DNA of 64,000 bases from Chrysomallon squamiferum (GCA_012295275.1 CM022668.1:13640001-13704000), one strand, 5' to 3'. Shown: positions 28,850 through 45,053, numbered from the stretch's first letter. Notes: generated from the letters alone by a model not told the origin. A program made the numbers and translations.

Positions 28850-29110
28850 GTCAAACTTTAAACAAACTGATCCAGAATATTGTTAAAATTGAATTTCCAG
28901 ATCACAGCAAGTTTGTACATGGATTAATGAGAAATTATTGAGCTTCTCATATTTGAGTGTGGATCACGTCTAACAGCAGAAAAAGATCTCTCTCCAGAAC
29001 CGTTTGTGACGAGAAGTGACAAGTAAATAAGTAAACAAATGTCAATGTTTGGAAAAGTTTCTTGTGTTTCAGTTTTGATAATGTTGACCAGCAGGAAAAT
29101 TAAAATTTGG
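28850..29110 (-). mobile_element. hAT transposase C-terminal dimerisation-domain relic
   Basis: TFPNIDICLLIYLSLLVTNGSGERSFSAVRR...MRSS matches the hAT FPN...LxIxLTLPVTxASxERSFSxLK motif. Confidence 0.75.
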
Positions 29111-29971
29111 AGGTGACTGTCAGGCATTCGGTCTATCTGTGATAGTACGTAAAAATTTCATATAAATTGACCCATAATTTATTTTTTATGTAGTTTATCG
29201 GATACTTAGGGTCTCTCGCATCCAAGAGTATTTCTATAAATTAATTTCAGTGATGTGCGTGGAATATTTGTATTAACATTTAATACTAAAAAAAAAAAAA
29301 AAATTGCATGTGTCCCTTCTCTTGGTCGGCCCCTAGGCTTCAACCTGGTCAGCTTTAGGGATAATGTCGCGATAGCTTTAATGCTCAAGGAAAATATATT
29401 TTTGGCTGAGGGAAAACGTATTTCTCCGAAAATATTAATTTACTCTGGACAGAGTATCTACACAGGTTAGTGGCTTTATTAACTATTATTTCTTACTTCT
29501 AGGACCGACACATTCTTTTTTACCTCATCTAATTAGTCTGTTAAGTTTTATATTATGTGAAACTGTGAACTATAATTATAATAATCTTGTCAGACACACA
29601 CAACACATACGAATACACGATCACAGAGACCGATACAGACCACAGAGCGTATAAATTAAACATACTATAATTTAGATATATACAAACAAACGACCTTTCC
29701 TTCAAAAATCAATCAGTATTTTGGTTACATATCAACGAAAAGCCTCTGTTTGAAGAATACATCAGTTATTCAGTTACAGAGAAATGAATGCTACCTTTTT
29801 CTAAAACAGACTAGTACTTTCTTTGAAAATCAAAATGTGTGTAGTTCTAAATATTTAATTCGATTGACAAAATAACAGCTTACTACTGCATAATTTTTAT
29901 TTGCACAAATGTATTATTTAATAGTGCTGTTTTGGACTTACATCCTAACAAAAAAAAAAAAATATATATAT

Positions 29972-30115
29972 ATAAAAATAAAAATAATAAAAATAAAAAT
30001 AAAAATAAAAATAAAAATAAAAATAAAAATAAAAATAAAAAAAAAAAAAAATAAAAATAAAAATAAAAATAAAAATAAAAATAAAAATAAAAATAAAAAT
30101 AAAAATAAAAAATAA
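29972..30115. repeat. (AAAAAT)n hexamer repeat
   Basis: Direct reading of the sequence. Confidence 0.95.
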
Positions 30116-30242
30116 AGTAAGATAGTGTAACTAAAACAATGGTCATGCTGAGAATTAGGTTAAGATTACGAAAATTTCCTTATTAGTGGCAAATGCGTGG
30201 TGATCGTATTTTCTATCAAAACATCCTAAGAATAAAGTAAAA

Positions 30243-30273
<31 letters not shown>

Positions 30274-30647
30274 AACAAAATAAAATAAGGAAGAAGTGAT
30301 AGTAACTCATTTATTGACGCATTTTTTCAAATAGTTAATTTCTTCTTAGCTGGATTATTTTATCTTTCTGTCTATCTATTTCTCTATCTGCCCATCCACC
30401 ATCTATATGCATATAGATTTCTTTAATCCGGAAAAGTAATTTGTATTGATCAATAACATAATAGAGATATTTTAACTGATAAGTAAAGCCTAATAATATT
30501 TATGTGATAAATTTAGTTAAGTGTTGTGAAATGTTTCATTAAAATCTTCACTAATACCCTTTTCTGTCAATTACAAGTATTTTCTTCAAGCTATATTACT
30601 TTTCATTAATTAATTTATTTATTTATTACAAGTTTAAGACATCCTAC

Positions 30648-30657
30648 CCGAAGCCAT
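30648..30657 (-). CDS. Second putative first coding mini-exon of gene A (ATG GCT TCG G|gtagga)
   Basis: Same module with an intact GT donor; the TATA position is eroded. Confidence 0.45.
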
Positions 30658-31728
30658 ATTTTATCTTTTCCCAAATATAATAAAATCGCAAAATTGAATT
30701 CAGTTCGGACTGTTCACCACATAATTAGTTTGTGATAGCTGCTTGACGACAAATACAGCATAGTACTCTTTCTTGCATGAGATAAGGGTTGGCAAGATAC
30801 AAGTGCCATAGGTAGGCCCTTAGACTTCCAGTTTTGGGGGGCCCCTCGACAACCCCCCCCCACCAACGCATCTCCTCGCGTATTTCAAGCTCTCCTTTCA
30901 TAAAATGTATTGCAATAATATTACAAATGACGTAATTAATGGTGTAACAAAGAAAATTATATCATCTTATCAGGCAATCTTTAATTTTTATCGTGGATTT
31001 TTGAACAACCTATTCTACATTTTTAATGCCAAATTACTGAGCTCTTCATCTTTCAGAGTCAATCATAGGTAATTCCTAATACATTTAAAAGTAGAAAAAG
31101 ACTTCTCTACAGAGCAGTTTGTATCGAGAAGTGACAAGTAAACACGTAATCAAATGTACATGTATGAAAAGGTTTCTTGCATATCATTTCTAATAGTCTT
31201 GACCAGCTGAAAAATTTAGATTAGGGGTGACCCCTACCCGATTAAGGGTGGGTTTTTTCAATATATATTTTGACATACAAAATAGTCACATACTATTGCA
31301 TGATTTTTATTTGAGAAGATTATTAGTTAATAGTAATGTATTCAACTAAACTATATCAATGTGTTAATAAATAAATAAATAACAAAAGTAATTAAAAAGT
31401 AATTATTAAAAATAACTAAATAATGAAACAAAAAATAATAAAATAAAATAATATAACTAAAACAATCATGAAACCAATCTGCTACAAGAACAAACTCGTG
31501 TTTATGAGCCTTACTGACGATACAGTGTATGTAAGTGAAGTAAATATTCTGTTTAACTCTTTATAAATGCACTGATATGTGACATTTGATAGCGTTTCCT
31601 CTTGCAAATATCTGTTTCTCTAATATATTAGTCTCTGAGCATAGCTTATTAAATTACTTTTTTTTTTTATTAATTAATTGATTGATTAATTTATTTATTT
31701 CAAAATTATTAAATTTAAAATGTCTTAC

Positions 31729-31738
31729 CCGAAGCCAT
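31729..31738 (-). CDS. Putative first coding mini-exon of gene A (ATG GCT TCG G|gtaaga)
   Basis: Same module as 47.8 kb with a consensus phase-1 donor; degenerate TATA (TATGTAAAA, 31857-31865). Confidence 0.55.
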
Positions 31739-34599
31739 ATTTTGACTTTTCCTCAAGTTAATAAAATCCCCAAATTGAATTCACTTCAGACTGTTGACCA
31801 CATAATTAGTTTGTGATAACCGATTGACGACAAATACAACACTGTACTCGTTGTTGTTTTACATAAGGGTTGGCAAAACAGCTCTGTTCCCGAGGAAGAC
31901 GTATTTACACGAAAATAGATTGTTTCGATCCACCAACTGTGCCGTATCGGATAACAGCTCTATTGACTATCTGGTCATGTATAATGTATAACAAAAAACA
32001 ACGAGCAAACAGAGTGTGACATAACTGATATTAATATTTTGAATTCATGTGTAAATTGTGAGTTTAAAACTAAAGTAATGATATAATAAACATGTTATTT
32101 TTGGTAGTATTAACTCACTTATTGATGTATTTTTCAAAGAGTTGATTTTCTTTTAAAAACTGGATTGCTCTATGTGTCTCTCCCTCTATTTCTCTGTCTG
32201 CTCATCTGTCTTAAAAAATCATTATTCATATAGATTCTTAAATGCTAGAATATTCGAAAAAGTAATTTGTATTGATGAATCCTATACTAGAAATATTTTA
32301 ATTGATAAAAAAGAGACAAATAATATTTAAGTGTTGTGAAATGTTTCATTATGAGCTATCGACATCTCCCAGCGACCCTCATCGCGAATTTCCCGCTGTC
32401 CGTTTATGAAAGTAATATTACAAATAAAGTAATTAATGCATTAACAAAGACAATAATGTAATCTTTTCAGACAACCTTTAATTAGCATGAAGCAAAGCAA
32501 TACAAAAAATACGAGTAATGTACTATAAAATCAAACATACACATGCCAAAATAGGTATGAAGGTTCATAAATATTTCTAAAAACTGGTCCAGAATATTGT
32601 TAACATTTAATTTCAAGGCCAAATTGTTGAGCCTCTCATATTTCGGAGTCGATCAAGTTTAAGACCTCTCTCCAGAACAGTTTGCTACGAGAAGTGACGT
32701 AAACAAATGTACATTTGTAAAAGTTTCATGCATTTCATTTTTAACAATAATGACCAACTGACAAACTAAGATATGTGTGTGTGTGTGTGTGTGGGGATTA
32801 CTCCTTGACTGTGCGTCGCGATTTCACATAAACCTTTGTATGCTTTCTTTCTATAATAGTTCAGAGCACACACAGCGTTTCTCGTATCAAAGACGATTCT
32901 TATATGTTAATTTCACTGATGCACAGTGCTTGATTTGTACAAAGCATTAACATTTCAAAAAACAACAACAATAAAAAAAAAAAAAATAATATTAATAATA
33001 TAATAATAATAATAATATATATATATAAATTGCATGGTCCCTAGGCGCCAATTTGTCAGTCTTCGGGATAATGTGACACTGGTATCATAGCTTGGATCCT
33101 CAAGAAAAATATATTTATTGCTGACGGAAAATGTATTTCTCTGAAAATAACAATTAACTACCGACACATATTTTCCTATATCGGTTAACTGCTATATTTA
33201 TTTTTACTTTTTACTTCTAGAGTCGATTTCCTTGTTTTGGACATAATCCAATTAGTCTGTTAATTTCAATTTCATATTTTATATTAACACGGACCAAGTG
33301 TTTTATGTTACGTGAACCTCAGATTTTTACGATTCTTGAACCATGCAGCCGACAAAAACACATTCAAACATTCATGCAGGTACACACGGATTCCTACAAA
33401 TCACATAGAATATAAATTTAAAAAAAAAAATAGCTGAAATATACAGAAACAAACGTACTTTTTTTTAAAAATCAGTCAGTATTTTAGTTACATAGAAACA
33501 AACTTCCTCTGTTTGAAAAATACATCAATAATTCAGTTACAGACAAATGAATGCTCCCTTTTTCTAAAATAGATTAGTGATTTAGTTACAAATTATTTGG
33601 AACGATCAAATAATTACGTACTAGATTTTTATTTGAACAAAGTTATTAGTTAATAACGCTGTACTAAACTGTTAAGTCACCCAGTGGGGAAAAAATAAAA
33701 TAAAATGGTAAATGAATAAATGAATGAATGAATGAATGAATGAATAAATAACTAAAAAACTAATAAGATAAAATAAAGTAAAGTAAAATAAAACGAAATA
33801 AAACACTGAATAACTGAAACAATCGCCATGCAAATCTGCAGAAGATTAGGTCAAAGGTTATGAAATGTAATTGTCAACATGGACGTGTCACCTCCAAGAA
33901 GTAAAAGAACAAACTCGACTTTATATTTGACTGTTATATGAGACCTCACTGACAATATACCGTATGTACGTGGAATTACTCTATTGTTTAGTTCTTTACA
34001 AACGCACTGATATGTAACATTTGATAACGTGTCCACATGCAAACGTCTGATTATCTAATATATTATTCTATGTATGTAGCTTACTTATTGTTAATTTATA
34101 AAAGGTTTGGCAAGACACTTCTATTTCTCCCCGTTGTGTTCATAGTTTCTGTCCGGACACCCCAAATACAAACATTTAAAAATAACAAAGGAAAAATACT
34201 GCTAAACAATTATTGATGTTTTTATTATATTTTTTTTTCTCCAAGAATTAATTTCTTTATAACTAAATTACTTTGTCTGTTGTCTGTCCCTCCATTTCTC
34301 TGTCTACCCATCAATTTATCTGAAATGATCTATATGCATTTACATTGTCAAATGATAGTATGTCCGAAAAAGTCATTTATATTGGTCAATCACATAAAAA
34401 CGATATTTTTAGTGATAGGAAAACCAAATAATATTCAAGCGATACATTCTGTTATTTAAGTGCTGTGAAATGTTTCATTATGATCTTTCGGTAAAAATAA
34501 ATTACAAAATTAATAAAGAAGAAAACAAATTCCACTAATACCCATTCAATCAACTATAGTATTTTCTTCTAGCTATATTACTTTTCATTAATTAATTAA

Positions 34600-34697
34600 T
34601 TTATTTATTACAAGTTTGAAACATCTTATTCAAAGCCATATTTGGTCTTTTTCCCAAGTTAATAAAATCACAAAACTGAATTCAGTTAGGACTGTTC
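34600..34697 (-). pseudogene. Decayed first-exon copy (ATG GCT TTG A|ataaga)
   Basis: Homologous to the other first-exon modules, but the donor GT is mutated to AT and the upstream promoter part is truncated near 34697. Confidence 0.5.
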
Positions 34698-35256
34698 GCG
34701 AGCCGAAGGTATACTCAAAATACCGGGAATCTACTGTAAAATCAAACATATGCCTAAATAGGTATCTAGATAGCAGTTTTCCTCGTTATCTTTCTACAGA
34801 CTGATGGAGAATATTGTTAACATTTAATTTCCAAAGCACAGAAGATTCTACCTGGATCAATGCCAAATTGCTGAGCCACTCACATTTCATTGTGGGTCAC
34901 TTTAGGAGCAGAAAAAGACCTTGCTTCAGCGCAATTTGTATCAAGAAATGAGAAGTAAATGCATAAACAAATGTACATATTTGGAAAAGTTTCATTCATT
35001 TCAGTTTTAACAATTATGACCAACTGAAATCAAGATTTGGGGGGGGGGGTTGACTCCAACACGTTCGGCCCATCCCTGACTGTGCGTCAATATTTTACAT
35101 ACATTTTTTTTTATTCTTTCTTTTTTTATATAGTCTGACACACCCTTGGCATCTCTCGTATCAAACAGGATTCTTATAAATTAATTTAAAATACGTGCAC
35201 GGAGCGTTTTGACATGTAGTGGTTATGACATTTAAAAATAAATAAATAAATAAATA

Positions 35257-35319
<63 letters not shown>

Positions 35320-36409
35320 ACAAAAGTAATAAGATAAAATAAAGTAAATTTTTTTTTTTTAAATATAACTAAAACACTCTTCATGGAGATCTGCCGAAAA
35401 TTAGGTCAAAAGGTTAAGAAACGTGAAGATACTACCTCCGAGAAGTAAAACAGCAAACTCGTCTTTATATTTGACTGTTATCTGAGACCTCACTGACAAT
35501 ACACCGTGTATAACTGGAATTAACATATTGTTTAGTTCTTTATGAATGCACTGATATGTAACATTTGATAATGTGTCCACATGCAAAGATCTGTTTATCT
35601 AATATATGTCGCTGTGTATATAGCTTACGTAGTGTTGCTTTATAAAAGGTTTGCCAATGCATTTCTATTCGTGAAGAAACATATATTATTGGGTTTTTTC
35701 GGGGTTTTTTCTTGATTACTTTGTTTGCGTGTCCGTCTCTCTATTTCTCTGTCTGCCCATCTACTTATCTGAAAATATTATGTAATGAAAGTATCTCCGA
35801 TTAAGTCATTTATGTTGATAAGTCATATACTAGTGTTATTTTAATTGAAAATAATATTTAAGTGATACATTTAGTCATTTAAGTGTTGTGAAATATCTCA
35901 TTATGAGCTTTTTATTGAAAAATACGTTTCAGAATTAAGAAAGAAGAAAACGAACTCAAATAATACCCTTTTGATGCATGCATCTGTGTGTGTGTGTGTA
36001 TGTGTGTATGTTTGCATGTATGTTCTTGTATGTAAATATGTACGTATAGATGTATAAGAATATATGTCTGCATGTATGTTCGTATGTTTGCGTGTATGTA
36101 TGTGTATTATGTTTGTGTGTATATGTCTGTATGTGTATATGTATGTATGTATGTATGAATGCTTATACAAATATATTATATATATATATATAACAAAGAC
36201 ACTCATATATGTGGACACAAACACACTGTCTGTCTGGCTGTCTATCTGTGTCTACATATGTAGATATATATGTGTCTCTCAAAATTTCTAAGACAAATTG
36301 GGAATTTTAACTCAAAAACAACACAATGCATTTCTGTGGCCAGGGAATACACATCAAATCTCCTTATACGCATATTGTAGCTTGGTGACTCAGACATTTT
36401 AGTTCACAA

Positions 36410-38600
<2,191 letters not shown>

Positions 38601-39544
38601 ACCTCCATCTTTCCATCTTTCTCGCTTCTGTTTCCACCGTGTTTTGATGATAAAATACCAAAAGTAAATATTTGAATAATAAATATAAAAATATTCTATT
38701 ATTTTTAATATAAAAATACTTCAGCATTTTCTGTTAGCACTAATTTTATTATTATTCTTAAATGATTCAGAAAAAAAAGTTAATTATATATTATGCAAAC
38801 ACAGTCTAATTCACTCCAGTTAAGGAATATTACTTAATAATAATATTAGAGGAGTAGTGGTAGTAGTAGTAGTAGTAGCAGTAGTAGTAGTAGTAGTAGT
38901 AGTCGTACTGCTAGTAGTAGTAGTAGTAATAATAATATAATAATAATACTAATAATTACTGTAATGTAATGCTAATAGAAATACTAGTGGTAAATGTAAA
39001 GAACTAGTAGTACTACTAATAACAGATATTACGCTAAACATATAAATTATAAAGATACACACAAAAATATACTAAATAAATTGGCCAACACCTATTTGTA
39101 GTGTGTGAGCATAACATAGATTAATGTTAGCAAAAAAAAAAAAAAAAAAAAAAAAAATCGAATAAAAGAAAAATATTATTTGTTTTTAAATTGTCTAAAT
39201 TATTTTCTTTTATTATCGTTTGTTCTGTAGATAAGCTGTACCTACAATGCTAAGAAACAAAATATATGGGGAAATGATGTTAAAATATAAATATTAAAGA
39301 AAAATCTAGTAATTTTTTGGTTGTTGTTGTTTTTCTAATTGAATAAAAAACCAGTCCTTTTAAATATTTATAATATTCAGTTCAGTAGTTGTTGGTTGTC
39401 TTCTTGAATAACAAAATGTTTTTACATTATTTTCTTTTATTTTTATTTGTCATATCCAACATGTTACTTGTCTCGTTTAACAAACAAACAAAAAAAAGAA
39501 AAAAAGACATGAATGTAAAACCTATTTTTTTAAAGCTATTTTCA

Positions 39545-39743
39545 AAAGCAGGAATGTCCTTCAGCCAAACTGAACGTCAAAGTGTGCACAATATTTCCAT
39601 GATTTCAAGACTGTTGAACAAACACAGGGCTGCTAGTGATGTTAAAAATCGTCCAAGACCTGGCAGATCCCGCAAGCCAACAATAAGAGATAACACGGAA
39701 TGCTGAGTCTTGTTAGATGCCGTTCATGGGAAACAAGCACAAC
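39545..39743 (+). mobile_element. Third, more diverged Tc1/mariner fragment
   Basis: KAGMSFSQTERQ...ISRLLNKHRAASDVKNRPRPGRSRKPTIR is homologous to the 20.9-kb fragment. Confidence 0.75.
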
Positions 39744-40362
39744 TTTAGGGTTAGGGTTAATGTGAAAACAAAAGAAATCAATTACTGATGATTATGATTG
39801 AAATACTTGAATGTGTCTCAGTCTCAAAAGCTTTCTCAAATTCCTGGTATTTTATGAAATATTTGAAATATTGCAATATATCATAAATTAAATGCACATT
39901 TTCATGTGTATATATCTGCCTTTAATATACTCAGTTTGATCATTTGTCTAAACCTGTTTTTAGTCTATTTCCAGTGGTTTTGGAAACAATTTGCTACATA
40001 CAGTTTATAATAATAATTTTATATGTTATATTAGCTTTTGGAATGTTATATTGGCATGAGCAATGATTTGTTATTTTTCCCGTAGGAAACATTTTTTTTT
40101 TAATTATAACTATATTTAATATATCTAACAATATAATTGCCTAAGGTTATGATATCATGACTGTATTCATCTGGGGACAATAATAATATTAATAAGGTAT
40201 TGTCTTAGATTGTTGTCGTTGTTGTTTGTTTGTTCTTGTTCGTTGCAGCTTTGCTGTTGGCCATCTGTTCTCATTGTTACTTTTCGTGTTTTTAGTTTAG
40301 TTCTTTGTTATATCCATATAAACACACACACTCACCCGTATATATATATCTATATATATATA

Positions 40363-40393
<31 letters not shown>

Positions 40394-40851
40394 GTACTTT
40401 CATCATGGTTTTGTTAATATGTAATATTTCAATGTTCATAATATTTAGTTAACTAGTAGGTATACTATTATTGTTATTGTTGTAGCTGTTGTTGTTTCTG
40501 TCTATAATTCTGTCATTACTAATTATCAGATTGACCGTTTACTATATGTATGATTTTAGAAAACCATAGACTATCAACCATAATTAAATTAGAATCTCTC
40601 TAAATATAAGTTCAATTAATTCTCTTTTTAATGATAAAATACCGAAAATATATATTTCAATTGTAAATATTAAAACAATTCAGCATTTTCAGTAACCACT
40701 AATTTTATATTCGTTTTTAAATGATGCAGAAACAAAAACTGGTTAACTATATATTAAGAAACAGAAATATTAACTACAGTTACAATAATATAATACTATT
40801 TGAGGGAGTAGTAGTAGTATAATAATTGTAGGAGTTGTAAAAATGATGATG

Positions 40852-40911
<60 letters not shown>

Positions 40912-41615
40912 GTTATAATAATACTAATAACTTTACAATGCTACTAATAATAATAAACATTACGCCAAACTTATAAACATAAATATACACACGAGGATAT
41001 ACATAGAAATCGAAAAAATATATTTCAGTTTTAAATATTAAAAATATTTCAGTAACCACTAATTACATTTTCATTCTTAAACGATACAGAAACAAAAACT
41101 GGTTAATTATATATTAAGAAACACAAATATTGACCACAATTAAAATAATAATAATAATACTATTAGATAGAATAGTAGTAGTATTAGTAGTAGCTGTGGT
41201 AATAACAACAACAACAATACTACTACTACTACTACTAATAATAATAGTAACTGTACAATAGTGGTAATAGAAATAGTAGCAGTAGCAGTAATTGTAGTAG
41301 TAGTACTACTACTACTAATAAACATTATGCCAACCATATAAATATAAATATTCACACGAGGATATACAGAGAAATTTACTAAATAAATTCGCCCGAACCT
41401 ACATGTACTGTGTAATCGTAGCATAGATTAATGTTTGCCACACAGTGTTTTAAAACTGTTTAAATTATTTTCTTTCAGTATCGTTAGTTCTATAGATAAA
41501 ACACATTTACAGTGCAAATGCAAAAAAATATAAGAAATCTATTAATGTGTTTTTTCTACAAGATAGTTAATACTCAGTTCAGTTTTTGCTTTTATTTTTT
41601 ATCTCCAACATCTTA

Positions 41616-42829
41616 CTAAATCTTGTTTACCCCCAGAAAGAAAGGCTTGAGTGAACCCACTTTGGTAATGGTATTTTCAATCGCAGTTTCAACAGTTCTC
41701 AGGAAAGTTTGGTTTGTTTCTGCTTCTTTTCTAACATCATTTCTTGCCTGTCTTGTATATTTTTCTTCTTTTGCTCTCAGTGTTTTTTCACTTTCCAACT
41801 GCCTAATTCTTCCACTCATCGCAAATATCGTCTTCTCCATTTCCATTTCTTTGATTTTTTTCTGTGTTTCTATTTCTATTTCCATCTGTCTAATTCTTCC
41901 CCTCATCTCAAATATCTCCTGTTCCTTTTCCATTTCTTCCTTTGTTCTCCGAAATTCGTCCCGAAACTTCTTTTTTGTGCTTTGCATTTCTCGTTCTCTA
42001 TCTTTCTCCGTCAAGTGTTCCTGTAGGAGTTTTCTTATTTTCTCTTCTTTCTCTTTCAATATTATCTCCTCGCGTTCTTTGGCGTCTTTTCTACTTTTTT
42101 CAATTTCTTCCTTGAATTCTCTTTCAATTTTTTCTCTCTCCTTTTGTACGTCTCTTTTTTTCTTTTCCAGCATTTCTTTTTCACGCTTTTGTACTTCTTT
42201 TTCAGCTATTTTCAGTAATTCCGATGTATAATATTGATAATTATTTTTTTCCACGTTTTTCTGTATCATATCGATCAGGTGAAGAACCATTTCTTCTTTC
42301 TTTTTCTCATCTTTTTCCCGATTGTTAAATCCGACATATCTCCGTCCACATGCATTGACTAATTTTTTAAGGTTTTCTGGTGCCTGAACTAGCAATTCTT
42401 CCAGACTTTTTCCTTCCACTTCAAGATCGTCTACATGGGTAAACATCAAGAACAGGTAATCAAACAATGCTTTTCCAAATACTTGCTTGAAGTATTCAAT
42501 TGTATTTTCTTCTTCTAGAGTAAACCTCTTCGCCTGCAGAACCATGATGAAAGCATGTGGTCCTGGAGCACTCATCGTTATACACTGGATGATTTCTTTC
42601 GTAATCTCTCCTTGTGAAAGTTTAGTGTTGAATGCTCCTGGTGTATCAACGATGACAATGTCACGATCAAATCGAGTTTTGTGACCTACCTTGCAGATTG
42701 CAGTAACTGAAAAAGAGCTAGCACCAGAATCAAAAAGTTTCTCTCCTAGGATGGTATTTGCTGACGCACTTTTTCCTGAGCCAGTAATTCCGATCAAAAC
42801 AAGTCGCAGTTCATTGTCAGTAACGGAAT
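41616..42829 (-). CDS. GIMAP/AIG1-family GTPase exon, C-terminal AIG1 domain and long coiled coil of gene B
   Basis: GITGSGKS, DTPG, APGPHAF, RFTLEE, FTHVD and FNN motifs; highly similar to the gene A exon. Acceptor ttttctttcag|AT TCC at 42829 (phase 1). TAG at 41618-41616. Confidence 0.92.
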
Positions 42830-43053
42830 CTGAAAGAAAATCAAATACATTTAATAGTAGAATCCAAGACATTATTGTTATCTTTTCACTGTTGCTATAT
42901 TGTTGCTTATATTATAAATCAGTATTATTATCATCGTTACGGCTTATCTACTTAACTGTATATAATGTCAGTCTGTATATCGGTATAAGTGTTATTTTCA
43001 TGTTTTCGTTCTTCCTGTTGTTGTTGTTGATACAATTAAATAAAATAATTAAA

Positions 43054-43160
<107 letters not shown>

Positions 43161-43611
43161 AATGTATATAACCTCCATCTTATGGGATATTACTTAATAA
43201 TAATATTAGAGTAGTAGTAGTAGTAGTAGTAGCAGTAGTAGTAGTAGTAGTAGTAATTTTTCTGCATTTTCAGTAACCACTAATTTTATTTTCATTCTTA
43301 AATGATACAGAAAAGAAATTGGTTGATTGTTTATTAAGAAATATAAATATTGATGCAGTTATAATAATAACACTATTAGAGGGAGTAGTAGTAGTAGTAG
43401 TAAAAATAGTAATAATATTAATAGTAACTGTACAATAATGGTAATAGAAATAGTAGCAGTAGCAGTAACATTATTCCAAACATATAAATATAAATATTCA
43501 CACGAGGATATACATAGAAATTTACTAAATAAATTGGCCTAAACCTGGACGTACTCTGCAAGCATATGGTTTGTTCTATATATAAAACATATCTACAACG
43601 CTAATACACAC

Positions 43612-44409
43612 CTTTTCTCATTTCTTCTTTCTCCTTCAGTATTTTCTCCTGGCGTGCTTTGGCTCCTTTTGTAAAAATGTTCAACTGTTCATTGAATTCT
43701 CTCTCAATTTTTTCTCGCTCCAGTTGTAGTTCTTTTTCCTTCTTTTCCAGCATTTCTTTTTCATGCTTTTGTACTTCTTTTTCAGCTAGTTTCAGTAATT
43801 CCGATGTATAAAATTGATAATTATTTTTTTCCATGTTTTTCTGTATCATGTCGATCAGGTCACAAACCATTTTTTCTTTCTTCTTCTCATCTTTTTCGCG
43901 ATTGTTAAATCCGACATATCTTCGTTCGCAGGCATTGACTAATGTTTTTAGATTTTCTGGTGCAGTAAACAGAAAATCTTCCAGATTTCTTCCGTCTTCT
44001 TCAAGATCGTCTACTCGGGTGAACAGCAAGAACAGGTAATCAAACAATGCCTTTCCAAATACTTGCTCGAAGTATTCAATTGTATGTTGTTCTTCTCGAG
44101 TAAACGTCTTTGCCTGCAGAACCATGATGAAAGCATGTGGTCCTTTAACACTAGTCGTTAGACACTGTATGATTCCTTGGGTAATCTCTGCCTGGGAACA
44201 TTCAGTGTGGAATGCTCCTGGTGTATCAACGATGACAATGTCACGACCAAATCGAGTTTTGTGTTCTATCTGGCACGCTGTAGTAACTGGAGAAGCACTA
44301 GCAATAGAAGGGAAAAGTTTCTCTCCTAGGATGGTATTTGCTGACGCACTTTTTCCTGACCCAGTACACCCAATCAAAACAATGCGCAGTTCATTATCAC
44401 TATCGGAAC
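43612..44409 (-). CDS. GIMAP/AIG1-family GTPase exon, probable N-terminal AIG1 domain of gene B (symmetric phase 1-1 exon, 798 bp)
   Basis: GCTGSGKS, DTPG, GPHAF, FTRVD and FNN motifs. Acceptor tttgtttcag|GT TCC at 44409. Donor-like AAAG|GTGTGT after 43612, just before the in-frame TAG at 43603-43601. Confidence 0.85.
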
Positions 44410-44830
44410 CTGAAACAAATTAAATACACTCTGTGCAGAAACGAAGTCATTATTTTAATCTTCTCATTGTTATTAATATTATTATTCTCATAATCACTGG
44501 ATTCTGTCCTCTTTTCTTCCTTTCTATATACCTGTCTGTCTGCTTATATCTATAAATATATCCACTCTGTAATGTTAGTTTGTCCACAAAAAGCAATTTG
44601 TATGGAACAACCACTTTTCGACAATGAAGATGACATTGCAGAGTAATTTTAATTTATAACTAAAGAAATATAATATTAAATCATCAATTGTGTCATTTGA
44701 GATGTCATTACCCAATATGTTTCAAAAGGAAAAACGAAGAAAAGAACCTCCACTAACAATGTATTAAATTTTGATCATGTTAAAACATATTTTATTGACT
44801 TTTGTACTCATTTATTTATTTTATTTATAT

Positions 44831-44879
<49 letters not shown>

Positions 44880-44914
44880 TTTATTAAAATTTAATAATAT
44901 TTATGACGTTTTAC

Positions 44915-44924
44915 ACGAAGCCAT
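44915..44924 (-). CDS. Alternative proximal first coding mini-exon of gene B (ATG GCT TCG T|gtaaaa)
   Basis: Homologous to the 47.8-kb module, ~500 bp upstream of the 44409 acceptor. Weaker donor, strong TATATAAA upstream. Confidence 0.5.
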
Positions 44925-45045
44925 ATTTCGTTTTTCTGTCAAGTTAAGAAAATCCGAAAGCTGAAGTCGGTTAAGACTGTTCACCACAGAATTAGTTTGT
45001 GATAACCGCTTGACGACAAATACAGCGCAGTATACTCGTTATTGC

Positions 45046-45053
45046 TTTATATA
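45046..45053 (-). promoter_or_regulatory. TATA box (TATATAAA) of the 44.9-kb first-exon module
   Basis: Sits at the homologous position to the TATAAAA in the 47.9-kb module, ~120 bp upstream of the ATG. Confidence 0.5.

Larger units (their letters stand above)
31010..35040 (-). mobile_element. Three further hAT relic copies (~31010-31220, ~32575-32770, ~34795-35040)
   Basis: Recurrent aatgccaaatt.ctgagc...agcagaaaaag...ctctccagaa...tttgtatcgagaagtgacaagtaa block. Confidence 0.6.

Noticed and set aside
41623-42231. 202-aa plus-strand ORF and similar ones at 16867-17398, 42487-43161 and 43833-44423
   Set aside because: Antisense shadows of the E/K-rich GIMAP coding sequence.
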